Numbered from the stretch's first letter, positions 37,888 to 48,059 are shown. The stretch: 64,000 nt of DNA from an uncultured Actinomycetota bacterium (GCA_963797785.1 CAWCQT010000001.1:2494-66493); one strand, 5' to 3'. The notes: generated from the letters alone by a model not told the origin. A program made the numbers and translations.

Positions 37888-40399
37888 CCAGGTGGATCAT
37901 TCCGTCGGCAGTGCCGACGATGAGGTCGGTGAAGCCGTCTGCGGTCGTATCGGCGGCAGCAAGGTATTCGATCGCCGTGTCGAACCTCAGTTCCCATTCA
38001 CTGGGCCCTTCGGAATCGGGGTCCACTGTAAGCAACTGTCCGGCCGCCGTTCCCACCACGAATCCCCGCGTACCGGTACCGGTCACGTCGACCGCGACGA
38101 TCGGCGGACGGACTGCCACCGGGCCGACGGGCACGGTGCGGATCAGCTGCCCAGTGCGCACGTCAATCAGGTCAACCACGCCCTCCCGACTCGCGCACGC
38201 CAGAACGTGCCCATCAGGCCGGTCGGCCACTGACGCATCACCGGGGAAGTACCTCCACAGCGTCGCGGTGTGCCGCCAGAGTTGATCGAACTGCAGGGTG
38301 AGGGCCTCTGTCCCGTGCACTCCACCGACGCGCAGCAGGATGTCGTCATCGCTGGCGTGCACCACTATTGGAGTTGTGTAGGCGGCTGTCCAGTCTCGCT
38401 CCGCCAGCAGATTTCCGGAATGCGCGTCACGGAGTACCAGCACACCGTGGTCGTCATACGCGACTCGCCACTTGCCTTCACGGTCGGCGGCAGCCAGAGC
38501 CAGGTTCGGATGGGGGCCACGCGCCGGGTCACGCCAGACCTGACGGCCGTCGAGTTCGTAGCTGCCGATAGCGGCGGTGTGTACGCCAGTCCGTTCGGCA
38601 ATGATGACCCGGTGTGGCTGGTCGATGAAGACCATCTGGATGGCCTGGCCAGGACAGTCGATCACGCCGAGTTCGGCCACGCCGGCGGAGCTGACTTCGA
38701 AGATCCCCACGCGTGATCGATCCACGACGCTGGCTGCGAAAAGCCTTCCCCCATAGTCACTCAGGGCCTTCACCTCACCCGGCACCGTGCAGGACGCCGC
38801 ACCGGCCCGCGCGACGGTTCCCTCGGACCCGGTCGGCGTGAACACCCAGGCAGTACCCTCGGCGATGATCGACAATGCCTCCGGACGGCAGCCCCGTGGC
38901 GACAGGTGCGCGGTCACCGACAGCTCTTCGGTGACGCGATGCAGCCGGCCGTCGCCGCTGATCAGTACGATCGCGCCGTCGATACCGGGGGCGGCACTCA
39001 GTGCGTCGAAGTCCGCGACGAGCCGGGTCTCATCGCTCACCGGGTCCCACCAGCGCGCGTGTACCCCGTCGGAAACGACGATCCCCGCGCGGCCGGTGGC
39101 ACCGTCGATCAAGGACACTAAGCTGCGCCGCGCTGCGTGGAAGGAGATGTCTGCGCGCAGCACGTCGGCGCTGCTGGTGATCGGACGCATGGGCACGCCG
39201 GCGGTGAGCACACCCGGTTCGGCAATGCGCATCGCTTGCACTGCCTCGCCACCGTCGAGCTGACGCTGCGTCGCCGGCGAGACGATGGCCACCTCGCCGA
39301 CCGACGTGCGGAGCGTTCCCCAGAAGTACTGCCCCGGCACCGCCGCGAGCAACTGGCCATCACGCGCCGATCGCAGTCTCGTGGTCCACCCGGAGCCGTC
39401 GAAATGACCGATGATCAGGATTGGGTCGTGCGAGTCTGACGCCGCGATCGACGTTGTCTGGGGCCGTAGTTCCTGGACGTCGATCGGCCAGTCCTTCTCG
39501 ACGAATTCCCCCCACGCTCGGTGCATCTGGCCTGCGGCGATGCCGGTGACCGAGTAGTACTCCTCGACCTGGCAGCTCACCAGCACCGCAAGCAGCGCAT
39601 CACTGGGGCCTACGACCTGCAGCAGGCCGTAGGGACGTGCGCACGGGTAGTCGCCGGGGTCGGGACGATAGGCGACTTCGGACAGGATCCGCCCGTCGGC
39701 GAGATCGAGCACGGCCTGGTAGAGGTGGCCGTCGGCCCGGCCGAGGACGACGCTCTCGGTCGGCACATCCGTGTGATCATCAGTGCCGTACCCCGACCCG
39801 GTTCGACTGGAGATCAGCACCTGTGGCTGGCCGCTGCCAAGTACATCGCTGAGCACCATGACCGGGCCGAAGCCGCGATCGAAGCGCCCGGCGAAGTCGT
39901 GCACCCATCTGGTGCGTACCTCGGCACTCGGACTGATCTCGAAGCAACTGATCGACTCGGAGTAACCAGGAGCGGCCAACCAGCAGAGCCGGTCGCCGTC
40001 GACCGCCACTTTCGACGAGCCAGCACCGTCCAGCGACGTTCCCTCCGGAGCCTGATGCCGCCAGAGCACGGTGCCGTCGACGAGGTCGAGCAACCGGACG
40101 TCGCGATCTCTGCTAAGCACCAGCGCGACCGGCCCACGCGCCAGCTGAGCGACATGCAACACCTTGGTCGTGACGCTGCAGTAGTCGGCGAACAGCAGCT
40201 CGCCATCCCAGCTCAGCGCCTGCAGGGACGACCCGGCAACCACGACAACGGCCGGCGAACCCGACGGCAGCCGAAACTCCAGGACCTGGCCGACAGCCGC
40301 GCCGAGTGGCCAGCTGGCTGTCACTCGGGGCGGCTGCGGCGCCATCGGCAGTTCGGCAGAGCCGCGGTTGCCCGAGCCCCGGCTCGTCGGCCAACTCAT
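37838..40399 (-). CDS. large FG-GAP/beta-propeller-like protein without signal peptide
   Basis: Intact 853-aa ORF, homologous by eye to 44206-47025 (e.g. RPYGLLQVV vs RNYGQIQLV, WGEFVE vs WDKFIE); FG-GAP-like loops partly degenerate. Confidence 0.65.
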   Translation of the reverse strand: MSWPTSRGSGNRGSAELPMAPQPPRVTASWPLGAAVGQVLEFRLPSGSPAVVVVAGSSLQALSWDGELLFADYCSVTTKVLHVAQLARGPVALVLSRDRDVRLLDLVDGTVLWRHQAPEGTSLDGAGSSKVAVDGDRLCWLAAPGYSESISCFEISPSAEVRTRWVHDFAGRFDRGFGPVMVLSDVLGSGQPQVLISSRTGSGYGTDDHTDVPTESVVLGRADGHLYQAVLDLADGRILSEVAYRPDPGDYPCARPYGLLQVVGPSDALLAVLVSCQVEEYYSVTGIAAGQMHRAWGEFVEKDWPIDVQELRPQTTSIAASDSHDPILIIGHFDGSGWTTRLRSARDGQLLAAVPGQYFWGTLRTSVGEVAIVSPATQRQLDGGEAVQAMRIAEPGVLTAGVPMRPITSSADVLRADISFHAARRSLVSLIDGATGRAGIVVSDGVHARWWDPVSDETRLVADFDALSAAPGIDGAIVLISGDGRLHRVTEELSVTAHLSPRGCRPEALSIIAEGTAWVFTPTGSEGTVARAGAASCTVPGEVKALSDYGGRLFAASVVDRSRVGIFEVSSAGVAELGVIDCPGQAIQMVFIDQPHRVIIAERTGVHTAAIGSYELDGRQVWRDPARGPHPNLALAAADREGKWRVAYDDHGVLVLRDAHSGNLLAERDWTAAYTTPIVVHASDDDILLRVGGVHGTEALTLQFDQLWRHTATLWRYFPGDASVADRPDGHVLACASREGVVDLIDVRTGQLIRTVPVGPVAVRPPIVAVDVTGTGTRGFVVGTAAGQLLTVDPDSEGPSEWELRFDTAIEYLAAADTTADGFTDLIVGTADGMIHLVSGGGQPRPTEPAGPA

Positions 40400-40422
40400 G
40401 GTCGGAACGCTACGCTAGAACA

Positions 40423-40432
40423 GACCTAGGTC
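40423..40432. promoter_or_regulatory. operator palindrome GACCTAGGTC
   Basis: Lies in the short gap between the GntR stop and the start of the 853-aa gene. Confidence 0.6.
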
Positions 40433-40445
40433 GGAAGGGCTAGCG

Positions 40446-41225
40446 TCATTCGCCAGCGCTATCGCCGGCGCCCGTCGCCGCCTGCAGCAGGTGCTTCCGG
40501 GCTCGGGCGACGATTTCGGCCGAGTACTGCACGGCCTTCTCTCCCTCACCACTGGCGATCGCCTCCACCAAGGCCGAGTGGGCAGCGTCGTTGTCGGAGT
40601 GACCGACGCCGGCCGATTCGGTGATCTCTGCTCCGCGCCGGCGCTCCTCCGCGAGCGTATCGGCCAGCGCGGAAAGCATGCCATGGATGAATCGGTTGCC
40701 CGATGCGGTGGCGATCAATTCGTGCAACTCGAGGTCGGCCGGCACCCGTTTGCCGACGTCATTGGCGGAGTCGGCGATCGCCTGGACCGCGCGCCGCATC
40801 GCCGCGACTTGGGGAGGTGTTGCGCGCTCTGCGGACAGCCGCGCCGCGTGACTCTCCAATAGAGCGCGGAAGTCCATCAGCTCTTCAATCGCCGATGCAT
40901 CCGCGTCGAGCACGAACCTCATGTAGTTCTCGATGGCAACCGGCTTGAAGTCGCGCACTACCGCGCGCTTTCCCTGCCGGGTGGTGATGATGCCTTCACT
41001 GTTCAATGTGCGAAGTGCATCGCGCACGACGCGCTGACTGACCTTGAACCGGTCGGCCAGCTCCGCCTCGGCAGGAAGTTCATCCCCAGCGTGCAACTCC
41101 CCTGCGGAAATCTGCTCCCGGATGCTGCCGGCGATCTGCACGCCGAACGGAACGCGCTGGCTGGTATCCGACACCTCTGTCACCTCACTGACCGGCGAAT
41201 CGCTCGTATTGCGAATTACGGCCAC
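40446..41225 (-). CDS. GntR/FadR family transcriptional regulator
   Basis: GDELPAEAELADRFKVSQRVVRDALRTL wHTH; FCD domain ELMDFRALLE, DLELHELIATASGN, HSALVEAI. Confidence 0.95.
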   Translation of the reverse strand: MAVIRNTSDSPVSEVTEVSDTSQRVPFGVQIAGSIREQISAGELHAGDELPAEAELADRFKVSQRVVRDALRTLNSEGIITTRQGKRAVVRDFKPVAIENYMRFVLDADASAIEELMDFRALLESHAARLSAERATPPQVAAMRRAVQAIADSANDVGKRVPADLELHELIATASGNRFIHGMLSALADTLAEERRRGAEITESAGVGHSDNDAAHSALVEAIASGEGEKAVQYSAEIVARARKHLLQAATGAGDSAGE

Positions 41226-41321
41226 ATTCTGACCGCTGTCCTGGGCTTGTCGGTCCCACGGACACCCGATCCTCTGCTGATGTGCGAGCTGTGATCATAG
41301 CGAGGCTGGGACCTGTACTCT

Positions 41322-41342
41322 CCTATGTCCTAGGTTCTAGGA
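41322..41342. promoter_or_regulatory. triple 7-bp repeat CCTATGT-CCTAGGT-TCTAGGA (operator)
   Basis: Between the divergent GntR and dehydratase genes. Confidence 0.65.
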
Positions 41343-41360
41343 TGCATGCATGGAGACGCG

Positions 41361-42536
41361 ATGAAGATAGCCCGCATCCGGCGCTGGCCCGTGGACTACG
41401 GCATCTACAACGCTATCTACGTGCAGATCGAGACCGACGACGGCGCCGTGGGCGAGGCCGAGGTCGCGATGCGGCGCCGAACCCGGTCGGTGCTGGCCCT
41501 GGTGGACGAGTTCGCCGACAATCTGGTCGGGATGGACGCCACGCGGATCGAGCAGATCCAGGAGCGGCTTTACCGTGACGCATTCCTCGGCGGCACGCTG
41601 CTCACGATCGCGATCAGCGCGATCGACCAGGCCCTCTGGGACCTCAACGCCCGCGCCCTGGACGTACCGGTGCATCGGCTGTTGGGCGGCGCCTTTCGGG
41701 ACGAGGTGTTGCTCTATACCCACGCCGCGGCCAGCGGCTCGCCGGAGGCGCTGGCCGAGCGCATCCGGGACCGGATTGACCGTGGCTTCCGGGGCATCAA
41801 GACCACTCTGCCGGCCTTCTACGAGAAGGTGACGAGCGTCCGACACCAGGACCCGCCGGTCGTTCCCGTCCACCACACCGAAACCGAGATTCTCCCGCCC
41901 GGCATCTTCTCCTACATCGCTACATTCTTCGAAGCGGCTCGGGAGGCGGCCGGCCCTGACGTGCATTTGATGCTGGACTGTCATGGACGGCTGAACGTTG
42001 CGAACTCGATCAGGCTCTGCGAAGCCCTTGCGCCGTACAACTTGACCTTCATCGAAGAACCCGTCTCCTACGAGCGACCCGACTGGCTCAGTGAGGTATC
42101 GCGTCGGTCGAGCACACCGATCGCCGCCGGCGAACGGTGGGGCAATCACTACGCCAGCGCGCCATACCTAGAGACGCACTCAGTAGCGGTCGCGCAACCG
42201 GACGTCGGGATCTGCGGCGGCATCACCACCGCCCGGCGCATTGCCAACATGGCCGAAGCGCACGCAATTTCCATCGCGTTCCACAACCCGTTCGGCCCGC
42301 TACAGAGCGCAGCAACCTGGCACCTTGCCGCCACGTTGCCGAACTTCATGATCAGCGAATCCATGCTGACGCCCGAGCAGGCGCCCTTCTGGGAACGCTA
42401 TGTCATCGACCCCCCTGTGGTGACCGATGGCGCGTGGCGGCCCACTAACGCGCCGGGCCTCGGCCCGAGACTGAACATCGACGAACTCGAACGATCCGAG
42501 CCACGGTTCGCTCTGGACATGGGGGGAACACGATGA
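41361..42536 (+). CDS. enolase-superfamily acid-sugar dehydratase (galactonate dehydratase-like)
   Basis: AISAIDQALWD, MLDCHGR, FIEEP, AAGERW, QPD, FHNP (MR-subgroup His). Confidence 0.85.
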   Translation: MKIARIRRWPVDYGIYNAIYVQIETDDGAVGEAEVAMRRRTRSVLALVDEFADNLVGMDATRIEQIQERLYRDAFLGGTLLTIAISAIDQALWDLNARALDVPVHRLLGGAFRDEVLLYTHAAASGSPEALAERIRDRIDRGFRGIKTTLPAFYEKVTSVRHQDPPVVPVHHTETEILPPGIFSYIATFFEAAREAAGPDVHLMLDCHGRLNVANSIRLCEALAPYNLTFIEEPVSYERPDWLSEVSRRSSTPIAAGERWGNHYASAPYLETHSVAVAQPDVGICGGITTARRIANMAEAHAISIAFHNPFGPLQSAATWHLAATLPNFMISESMLTPEQAPFWERYVIDPPVVTDGAWRPTNAPGLGPRLNIDELERSEPRFALDMGGTR

Positions 42537-44191
42537 CCTCACCCACGATCGAGGTGTTGATCGAAAACGGCCTGATCGTCGACGGCACCGGCAATCCCGG
42601 CTACCACGCGAACGTCGCGGTCCAGGACGGTTTGATCCGGGTCATCCGCGGAGACGCCACGCACCTGCAGGCCACTGAACGGATCGACGCGACCGGAAAG
42701 GTCGTGGCACCGGGATTCATCGACATCCACAGTCACTCCGACCTCGTTTTGCTGAACGATCCGCTTCTGGAGATGAAAATCCGCCAGGGCGTGACAACCG
42801 AAGTCATCGGTGTCGACGGTCTCTCCTACGCGCCCTTCACTGATGCCTCAGACCTCGCCGGCTTCGCCGAGCAGAACGGCGGGATTGCCGGACTGCCGGC
42901 CACGCCGCTGTCGTGGCGCACGATCGGTGAGCAACTCGAGTCCTACGACGGTCGCACCGCGGTGAACGTGGCGACCTTCGTCGGCAATACGCCACTGCGG
43001 ATCAATGCGTTGGGCTGGAACGACGACCCGGCCGATCAAGGGGCGGTCAATGACATGCGCGCCATGCTTCGCGAAGCGATGTATGACGGAGCGTTCGGGC
43101 TGTCCACGGGACTGGACTATCCACCGGGCAGTCATGCGACGACCGAGGAGTTGACCGCCCTCGCCGCGGAGTCGGCGCAGCACGGCGGCTGCTATCACAC
43201 GCACGTCCGGTACGGCCTCGGCGACACCTACCTCGACCCTTTCGTCGAGTCCATCGAGATCGCCCGTCGGGCCGGTTCGCCTTTGCAGGTAACGCACTTC
43301 TCCCGGTCCTCGCGAGAGTCTCGCCCCGGCGGTGCACACGGCCTGCTCGGGCTGCTCGAGGAGGCTCGCGATACGGGGCTGGATGTCACCTTCGACACCT
43401 ACAGCTATGAGTGGGGCGGCACCCGGCTATCCCGGTTGCTTCCGTCGTGGACCCAACTCGGCGGCCCGGCGGCACTGCGCCTGCGGTTGGCCGACCAAAC
43501 CGTGCAGGCGCAGATCGAGGAGGAGATCACCGCCGGCTCCGCGGCACGTCAGTACGTCGCCAGCCGCCCGTTCGCAGACTTGCGGCTGGGCAATCTCACG
43601 GCCGAGGCACACCGCGAGTACGAAGGACGTTTCCTCAGCGAGGTCGTCGTCTCGATGGACAAGTCGCTGGGACAGGTGGTGTGCGAGTTGGTGATCGCGA
43701 ACCCGGCGGCGACGTTCACCAGGCCGAGCCCGCATGCCATGACGCTTTGGAAGTTCGTCTGCCATCCGCTCGGCATGATCGCCAGCGACTCGGTGTTTCT
43801 GGGCGCTGCGCCGAGTCCGCGTGCCTATGGCTGCTTCAGCCGGGTGCTGGCGGAATTCGTCCGCGAAGAGAAGCTGCTCTCCTTGCCGGAGGCGGTGCGC
43901 AAGATGAGCTCGATGCCCGCGCAGCGACTCGGGCTCACCGATCGCGGGCTGGTCCGTGACGGCCAGGTTGGCGACCTGGTGGTCTTCGACCTGGCCGACA
44001 TCGCTGCGCCGGCCAGCTTCGAGCGGCCCCGGGAAATGGCACGAGGGGTAGAGCACGTGCTGGTGGGCGGGCGGCTGGTGCTCAGCAATGGCGTGATGAC
44101 CGGCGCTACGCCGGGCCGCGCGCTGCGCGGCCCGGCCTTCGGAAGCAACGCCAGTTCGGCCTACCTCACGCCGTTGAGCGCGTCGATCTGA
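42533..44191 (+). CDS. N-acyl-D-amino-acid deacylase family amidohydrolase
   Basis: PGFIDIHSHSD, KIRQGVTTEV, GLSTGLDYPPG, YHTHVR, DTYSY, IASDS, AVRKMSSMPA. Confidence 0.9.
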   Translation: MTSPTIEVLIENGLIVDGTGNPGYHANVAVQDGLIRVIRGDATHLQATERIDATGKVVAPGFIDIHSHSDLVLLNDPLLEMKIRQGVTTEVIGVDGLSYAPFTDASDLAGFAEQNGGIAGLPATPLSWRTIGEQLESYDGRTAVNVATFVGNTPLRINALGWNDDPADQGAVNDMRAMLREAMYDGAFGLSTGLDYPPGSHATTEELTALAAESAQHGGCYHTHVRYGLGDTYLDPFVESIEIARRAGSPLQVTHFSRSSRESRPGGAHGLLGLLEEARDTGLDVTFDTYSYEWGGTRLSRLLPSWTQLGGPAALRLRLADQTVQAQIEEEITAGSAARQYVASRPFADLRLGNLTAEAHREYEGRFLSEVVVSMDKSLGQVVCELVIANPAATFTRPSPHAMTLWKFVCHPLGMIASDSVFLGAAPSPRAYGCFSRVLAEFVREEKLLSLPEAVRKMSSMPAQRLGLTDRGLVRDGQVGDLVVFDLADIAAPASFERPREMARGVEHVLVGGRLVLSNGVMTGATPGRALRGPAFGSNASSAYLTPLSASI

Positions 44192-44205
44192 CGCCGTGAA
44201 CCGGG

Positions 44206-47025
44206 CTACTTGTTGTCGATGAGATACAGGTAGCCGTCCTCCGCAGTCACCAGCAGCTCACTGCGGTTGTCCCCGTCGACGTCGGCGGCAATGATGTCGC
44301 CGAGCCGTCGGCCGATCGACAGGCTCCACTTCACCCGCGTGGTAGCGGCGGTCGCGGTGTCGATGGCGTAGACGGTGCCGTCCACCGTGCCGACGACGTA
44401 CTCGATGTGTCCGTCGCCGTCGATGTCGACGGCGATGACGTTCGGCGCAAGGCCCTGCCCGGGAATCTGGAAGGTCCACTTCACCGCGCCGGTGGCCGCG
44501 TTTCGGCACGTCAGGACGCCGCTGTCGGACAAGGTGGCCAGCTCCATCACCCCGTCGCCGTCGACATCGGCTACCGCGGAACGACGCCCGAACAGCTCGC
44601 CCGGATCGGTCTCGACCTGCCAGAGCGTCGATCCCGAACCCGTGGCATCGAGGTTGATCACATCTAGATAGTTGAACCCGGCGGTCATCAACACCTCGGG
44701 CAGTCCATCGCCGTCGACATCGGCGATGATCGGCGTGTGATACAGCCCCAGATGACCTTCGAGGATCTTCACCCCGGCAGTATTCGTGCCGTTGAGATCG
44801 TAAGTGACGTCGGCGGCGAGGAAGATCGTGTTGTCGACACCGTCACCGTCGATGTCGAAGACCGCCGGCGACCCGGTCCACGGTCCGAACTCCGCTCCCA
44901 CATGCCCCGGCCCGTCATCACGACTGGCCAGCAGTGCACCGGTGCGGCCGTTGAGCACCCTGCTCACCTCGGTGTTGTAGCCGGCACGGTTGGCGCCGAC
45001 GTAAATGTCGAGCGAGTTATGGCCGCTGAAGTCACCGAAGGTCCACAGGTACGCGCCGTTCGGGCCGGACAAGGTCGGCGCGGGCAGGTCCTCGAACACG
45101 TGCGCCCACACCTGGCGGCCGTTGCCCTTCACGACCCGCATCCGGGTGTGCGACTCGACAGCGTCGACGAACACCAGCTCTCGTCGCCCGTCGTTGTTGA
45201 GGTCAGCCGCAGGCACTGACTCGAGCGCTTCCTGATACACATATTCACCCTGACCGGGCTGCTTCCACAGCTCGACCAACTTCTTCCGACCGTTGTATCG
45301 GATGACGCGGACTTCGCCGAAACCCGGCACGATGATGGAGTTGCGGTCCTCGCCGCGCAGGTTGGCTACCGTCGCGATGCCTGCGAGACCGGCCAACGCG
45401 GCCTGCTTGATCAGGGTGCCATCAGATCTCTCCAGCCGAAGGTAGCCATCAGCAGTCTGGTAGACGACCTCCGCAGCACCGTCGCCATCGACGTCCTCAA
45501 CGCGATGAAGGACACCTCCGTCGAAGGGCCGCGACCAGCCGGCTGTGACACTCCCGCCTGCGTAGGTGTAACCCTGGAAGGAAGCCCCCGCGATAACAAC
45601 GAAGGACGCCAACGGGTCCGCACGCAGGATCTCCAACCGCCCGTTCCGAGACCCGGGGCTCAGCGTCGCCGGGTAAGGCGAATGCGGATCCGTGACCAAC
45701 TGCGCCGCATCCAGCGACCAGACCTTTTCGTAAGCGCCACTGGCGCCGACCGCGTACAGCTCGAGGGTGCCCACCGACCCAGCCGTCTGGGTGGTCTCCA
45801 CCGACACGAGGATCTCTGCTTTGCCGTCTCCGTCGAAGTCCTGCACACCACGCAAATAGCGATCGGCAAGGTCCAGCTTAGGAGAATCGAGACCCGTTGC
45901 GGCATCGGCTACCAGCAAGTGCCACCGGTTGTCGCCACTGTCGTTGTAGATGCAACACACGATTTCGACATGGCCGTCGCCGTCGACGTCAGCGACGCTG
46001 TTCAGCGTGGTCCGCAGTGCCTTGTGATTTTCGGTGTACTCGATGAACTTGTCCCAGGCCAGGGTGAACCCAGCGGAGGAGTTCTGCACCAGGGCCGCAT
46101 GCAGCGTGACACTGTCGGAGAGATCGACCACCTCCAGCTGGGCGTCGGAGTCCACGTTGACGAGTTGGATCTGCCCGTAGTTTCGACCGTCGATGTTTGG
46201 TCCGGTCTCCCAAACGACCCGGCCATTCCATCCGCCGCCGCTGCCGTCGCGCAACACGCCGGTGGCACCCGCGAACGCGCTCACCTCGGTGTAGCCGGCG
46301 ATGACGACCTCAGGCTTGCCGTCGTTGTCGACATCGCCAACCAGAATCTCCGGCAGGTACGCAGGGTTAGCGTAGGCCGGACTGGTCTGCCAGATCTGAT
46401 GCCCGGCGCTGACCCCGCCGTCGAAGGCGAAGGCGTATCCGTACTCGCTGTAGTACGGCCAGATGACCATCTGCAGACCGGCCTTGCTGACGTCGATCTT
46501 TGCGATCTGCATGGCCTTGGAATACACGTAGAACGAGGGCCCGAAGTCGAACTGCCAGACGACGCTTCCATCGTCGACCGACAGCACGAAGACGGTGGTC
46601 AGGCCCAGTACAACGACGTGTCGGGATCCGTCTCCGGCGAGGTCGTAGACACCGAGGATGTCGGTCGGGCCCAGCCCGTTCGACGTCCACCGATCGGAGA
46701 GGTCGAAATTCTTGGCAACTACCTGTCCCCCGGTGATGTAGAGCAGGCCCTTCTTGCCCGTACCGTCGAAGTCAGCAGACATCACCCAGCCCGTGGTCCC
46801 GCCGAGGTAGGTCTTAGCGGCGATCACCGGCTTGCGGATCTTGCCCTTCATCGGCTGGTAGCAGGTGTTCTGAGTGTCCATGCCCATCCGCGGCCATTCG
46901 CCGGCCAGCGAGCGGCTCTTGGGCGCCGCTTGGGCCGGTCGCGGATCGATGACGGAGGCGGCAACGGCGGCGAGGGTGGCCCCCGTGGCTCCGGCGAGGA
47001 ACGTACGACGGGAAAATGAACTCAT
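44206..47025 (-). CDS. Tat-exported FG-GAP/VCBS-repeat beta-propeller protein
   Basis: SRRTFLAG twin-arginine signal ending AQA; WPRMGMD; many DxDGDG loops (DVDNDG, DVDGDG, DFDGDG, DLNNDG, DIDGDG). Confidence 0.8.
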   Translation of the reverse strand: MSSFSRRTFLAGATGATLAAVAASVIDPRPAQAAPKSRSLAGEWPRMGMDTQNTCYQPMKGKIRKPVIAAKTYLGGTTGWVMSADFDGTGKKGLLYITGGQVVAKNFDLSDRWTSNGLGPTDILGVYDLAGDGSRHVVVLGLTTVFVLSVDDGSVVWQFDFGPSFYVYSKAMQIAKIDVSKAGLQMVIWPYYSEYGYAFAFDGGVSAGHQIWQTSPAYANPAYLPEILVGDVDNDGKPEVVIAGYTEVSAFAGATGVLRDGSGGGWNGRVVWETGPNIDGRNYGQIQLVNVDSDAQLEVVDLSDSVTLHAALVQNSSAGFTLAWDKFIEYTENHKALRTTLNSVADVDGDGHVEIVCCIYNDSGDNRWHLLVADAATGLDSPKLDLADRYLRGVQDFDGDGKAEILVSVETTQTAGSVGTLELYAVGASGAYEKVWSLDAAQLVTDPHSPYPATLSPGSRNGRLEILRADPLASFVVIAGASFQGYTYAGGSVTAGWSRPFDGGVLHRVEDVDGDGAAEVVYQTADGYLRLERSDGTLIKQAALAGLAGIATVANLRGEDRNSIIVPGFGEVRVIRYNGRKKLVELWKQPGQGEYVYQEALESVPAADLNNDGRRELVFVDAVESHTRMRVVKGNGRQVWAHVFEDLPAPTLSGPNGAYLWTFGDFSGHNSLDIYVGANRAGYNTEVSRVLNGRTGALLASRDDGPGHVGAEFGPWTGSPAVFDIDGDGVDNTIFLAADVTYDLNGTNTAGVKILEGHLGLYHTPIIADVDGDGLPEVLMTAGFNYLDVINLDATGSGSTLWQVETDPGELFGRRSAVADVDGDGVMELATLSDSGVLTCRNAATGAVKWTFQIPGQGLAPNVIAVDIDGDGHIEYVVGTVDGTVYAIDTATAATTRVKWSLSIGRRLGDIIAADVDGDNRSELLVTAEDGYLYLIDNK

Positions 47026-47040
47026 CGGGGGGCTCCTAAA

Positions 47041-47055
47041 GACCTAGGTCATACT
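47041..47055. promoter_or_regulatory. operator GACCTAGGTCATACT
   Basis: Its reverse complement is identical to 54964-54978. Overlaps a TAGTAT -10-like box upstream of the Tat protein gene. Confidence 0.7.
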
Positions 47056-47171
47056 ATCGCTGCCACGGCACCGCACTTCACCGGAGTTGTCAAGATCGCG
47101 AGGGGGGTTGGCTGCTGAGTAGGACAAGAATGCGGTCGCTCGGCGCACTGCGGGATCCCGCACGCGACTTC

Positions 47172-48026
47172 TTATCCCGCTCGCGTTGTGGCGTAGGCAA
47201 CCTGGTCACGGCACCGGCAACAGTCCGTGTTCGAGCAGATGCCTGCGCCCGCGTCCTGGCCGAAAGCCGCCGTGGCCAGACTGAGCATTTCGGCGGCCTT
47301 GAAAACGCGCCAGCGTGACGGGCCGACCAGCGTGTCTCGCTGGATTTCAGCCAGGGCACCCGCCAAACGCACAAAGCCCCTCGAGCAACCCCCGTGGCGC
47401 ACCTCGATTGTGCGCCCGTCCGGGCCGTACGCCCATCGCACCAGCAGTCGCAGACCGGCCCGCTGTTCAGCTAGATGCAGGATCGTGGCCGAGCTGAGGT
47501 CAGTGCCGGCAAGGACCACCCCGCCGCCATAACGTGCCAGTCTCCACAGGGGCGCGAAGACCTCCTCGGGACTTTGCGCGGCAACGAGTTCCGCGGCTTC
47601 CGGCCCGATCGCGGTGAACGACGAAAGCGGATGGTTGCCCCGCCTTGCACCGTCGCGCGCTAAGACGGCCACGGGGATCGCTCCCATTTCCGGATCGATA
47701 TCCGTGCAGGACACCTGGAAGGGAACGCCCGCCGACCGGTCAACCCGAGCCGGGATCGACCCGTCGCCTTCGCAGTTGAACGGCAACGGCCGATGCCCCG
47801 CCGGCGCGGGCGCGGCGAAGACACTGGCGCTGAAGGTGGGCACCAGCAACGTCACGCCGGCTGCCAGGAACCCGTCAACGATGCCGTCGGCGCCCCCCGA
47901 GACCCATCCGAACGACCGCAGGGACGCATGCAGGCAGACAGGCAATCCGCTCAGCCCAAGGGCGTCGACCGCTCTGCGAATCTCCTCTGCCCCGATCACT
48001 GGACTCCTCGGTGCCTGGCCTGACAT
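47172..48026 (-). CDS. AAC(3)/YokD family (aminoglycoside N3-acetyltransferase fold) protein
   Basis: VCLHASLRSFGWVSGG, TLLVPTFS, MGAIP, NHPLSSF, TILHLAE. Confidence 0.82.
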   Translation of the reverse strand: MSGQAPRSPVIGAEEIRRAVDALGLSGLPVCLHASLRSFGWVSGGADGIVDGFLAAGVTLLVPTFSASVFAAPAPAGHRPLPFNCEGDGSIPARVDRSAGVPFQVSCTDIDPEMGAIPVAVLARDGARRGNHPLSSFTAIGPEAAELVAAQSPEEVFAPLWRLARYGGGVVLAGTDLSSATILHLAEQRAGLRLLVRWAYGPDGRTIEVRHGGCSRGFVRLAGALAEIQRDTLVGPSRWRVFKAAEMLSLATAAFGQDAGAGICSNTDCCRCRDQVAYATTRAG

Positions 48027-48045
48027 AGTCTGGAGAAAGATCGTA

Positions 48046-48059
48046 CCTAGGACTTAGGA
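48046..48059. promoter_or_regulatory. tandem 7-bp repeat CCTAGGA-CTTAGGA (operator)
   Basis: In the 37-bp gap between the divergent AAC(3)-like and DMFase-like genes. Confidence 0.65.

Noticed and set aside
47172-48026. Reporting an aminoglycoside resistance gene
   Set aside because: Fold membership alone does not show resistance, and the context is catabolic.
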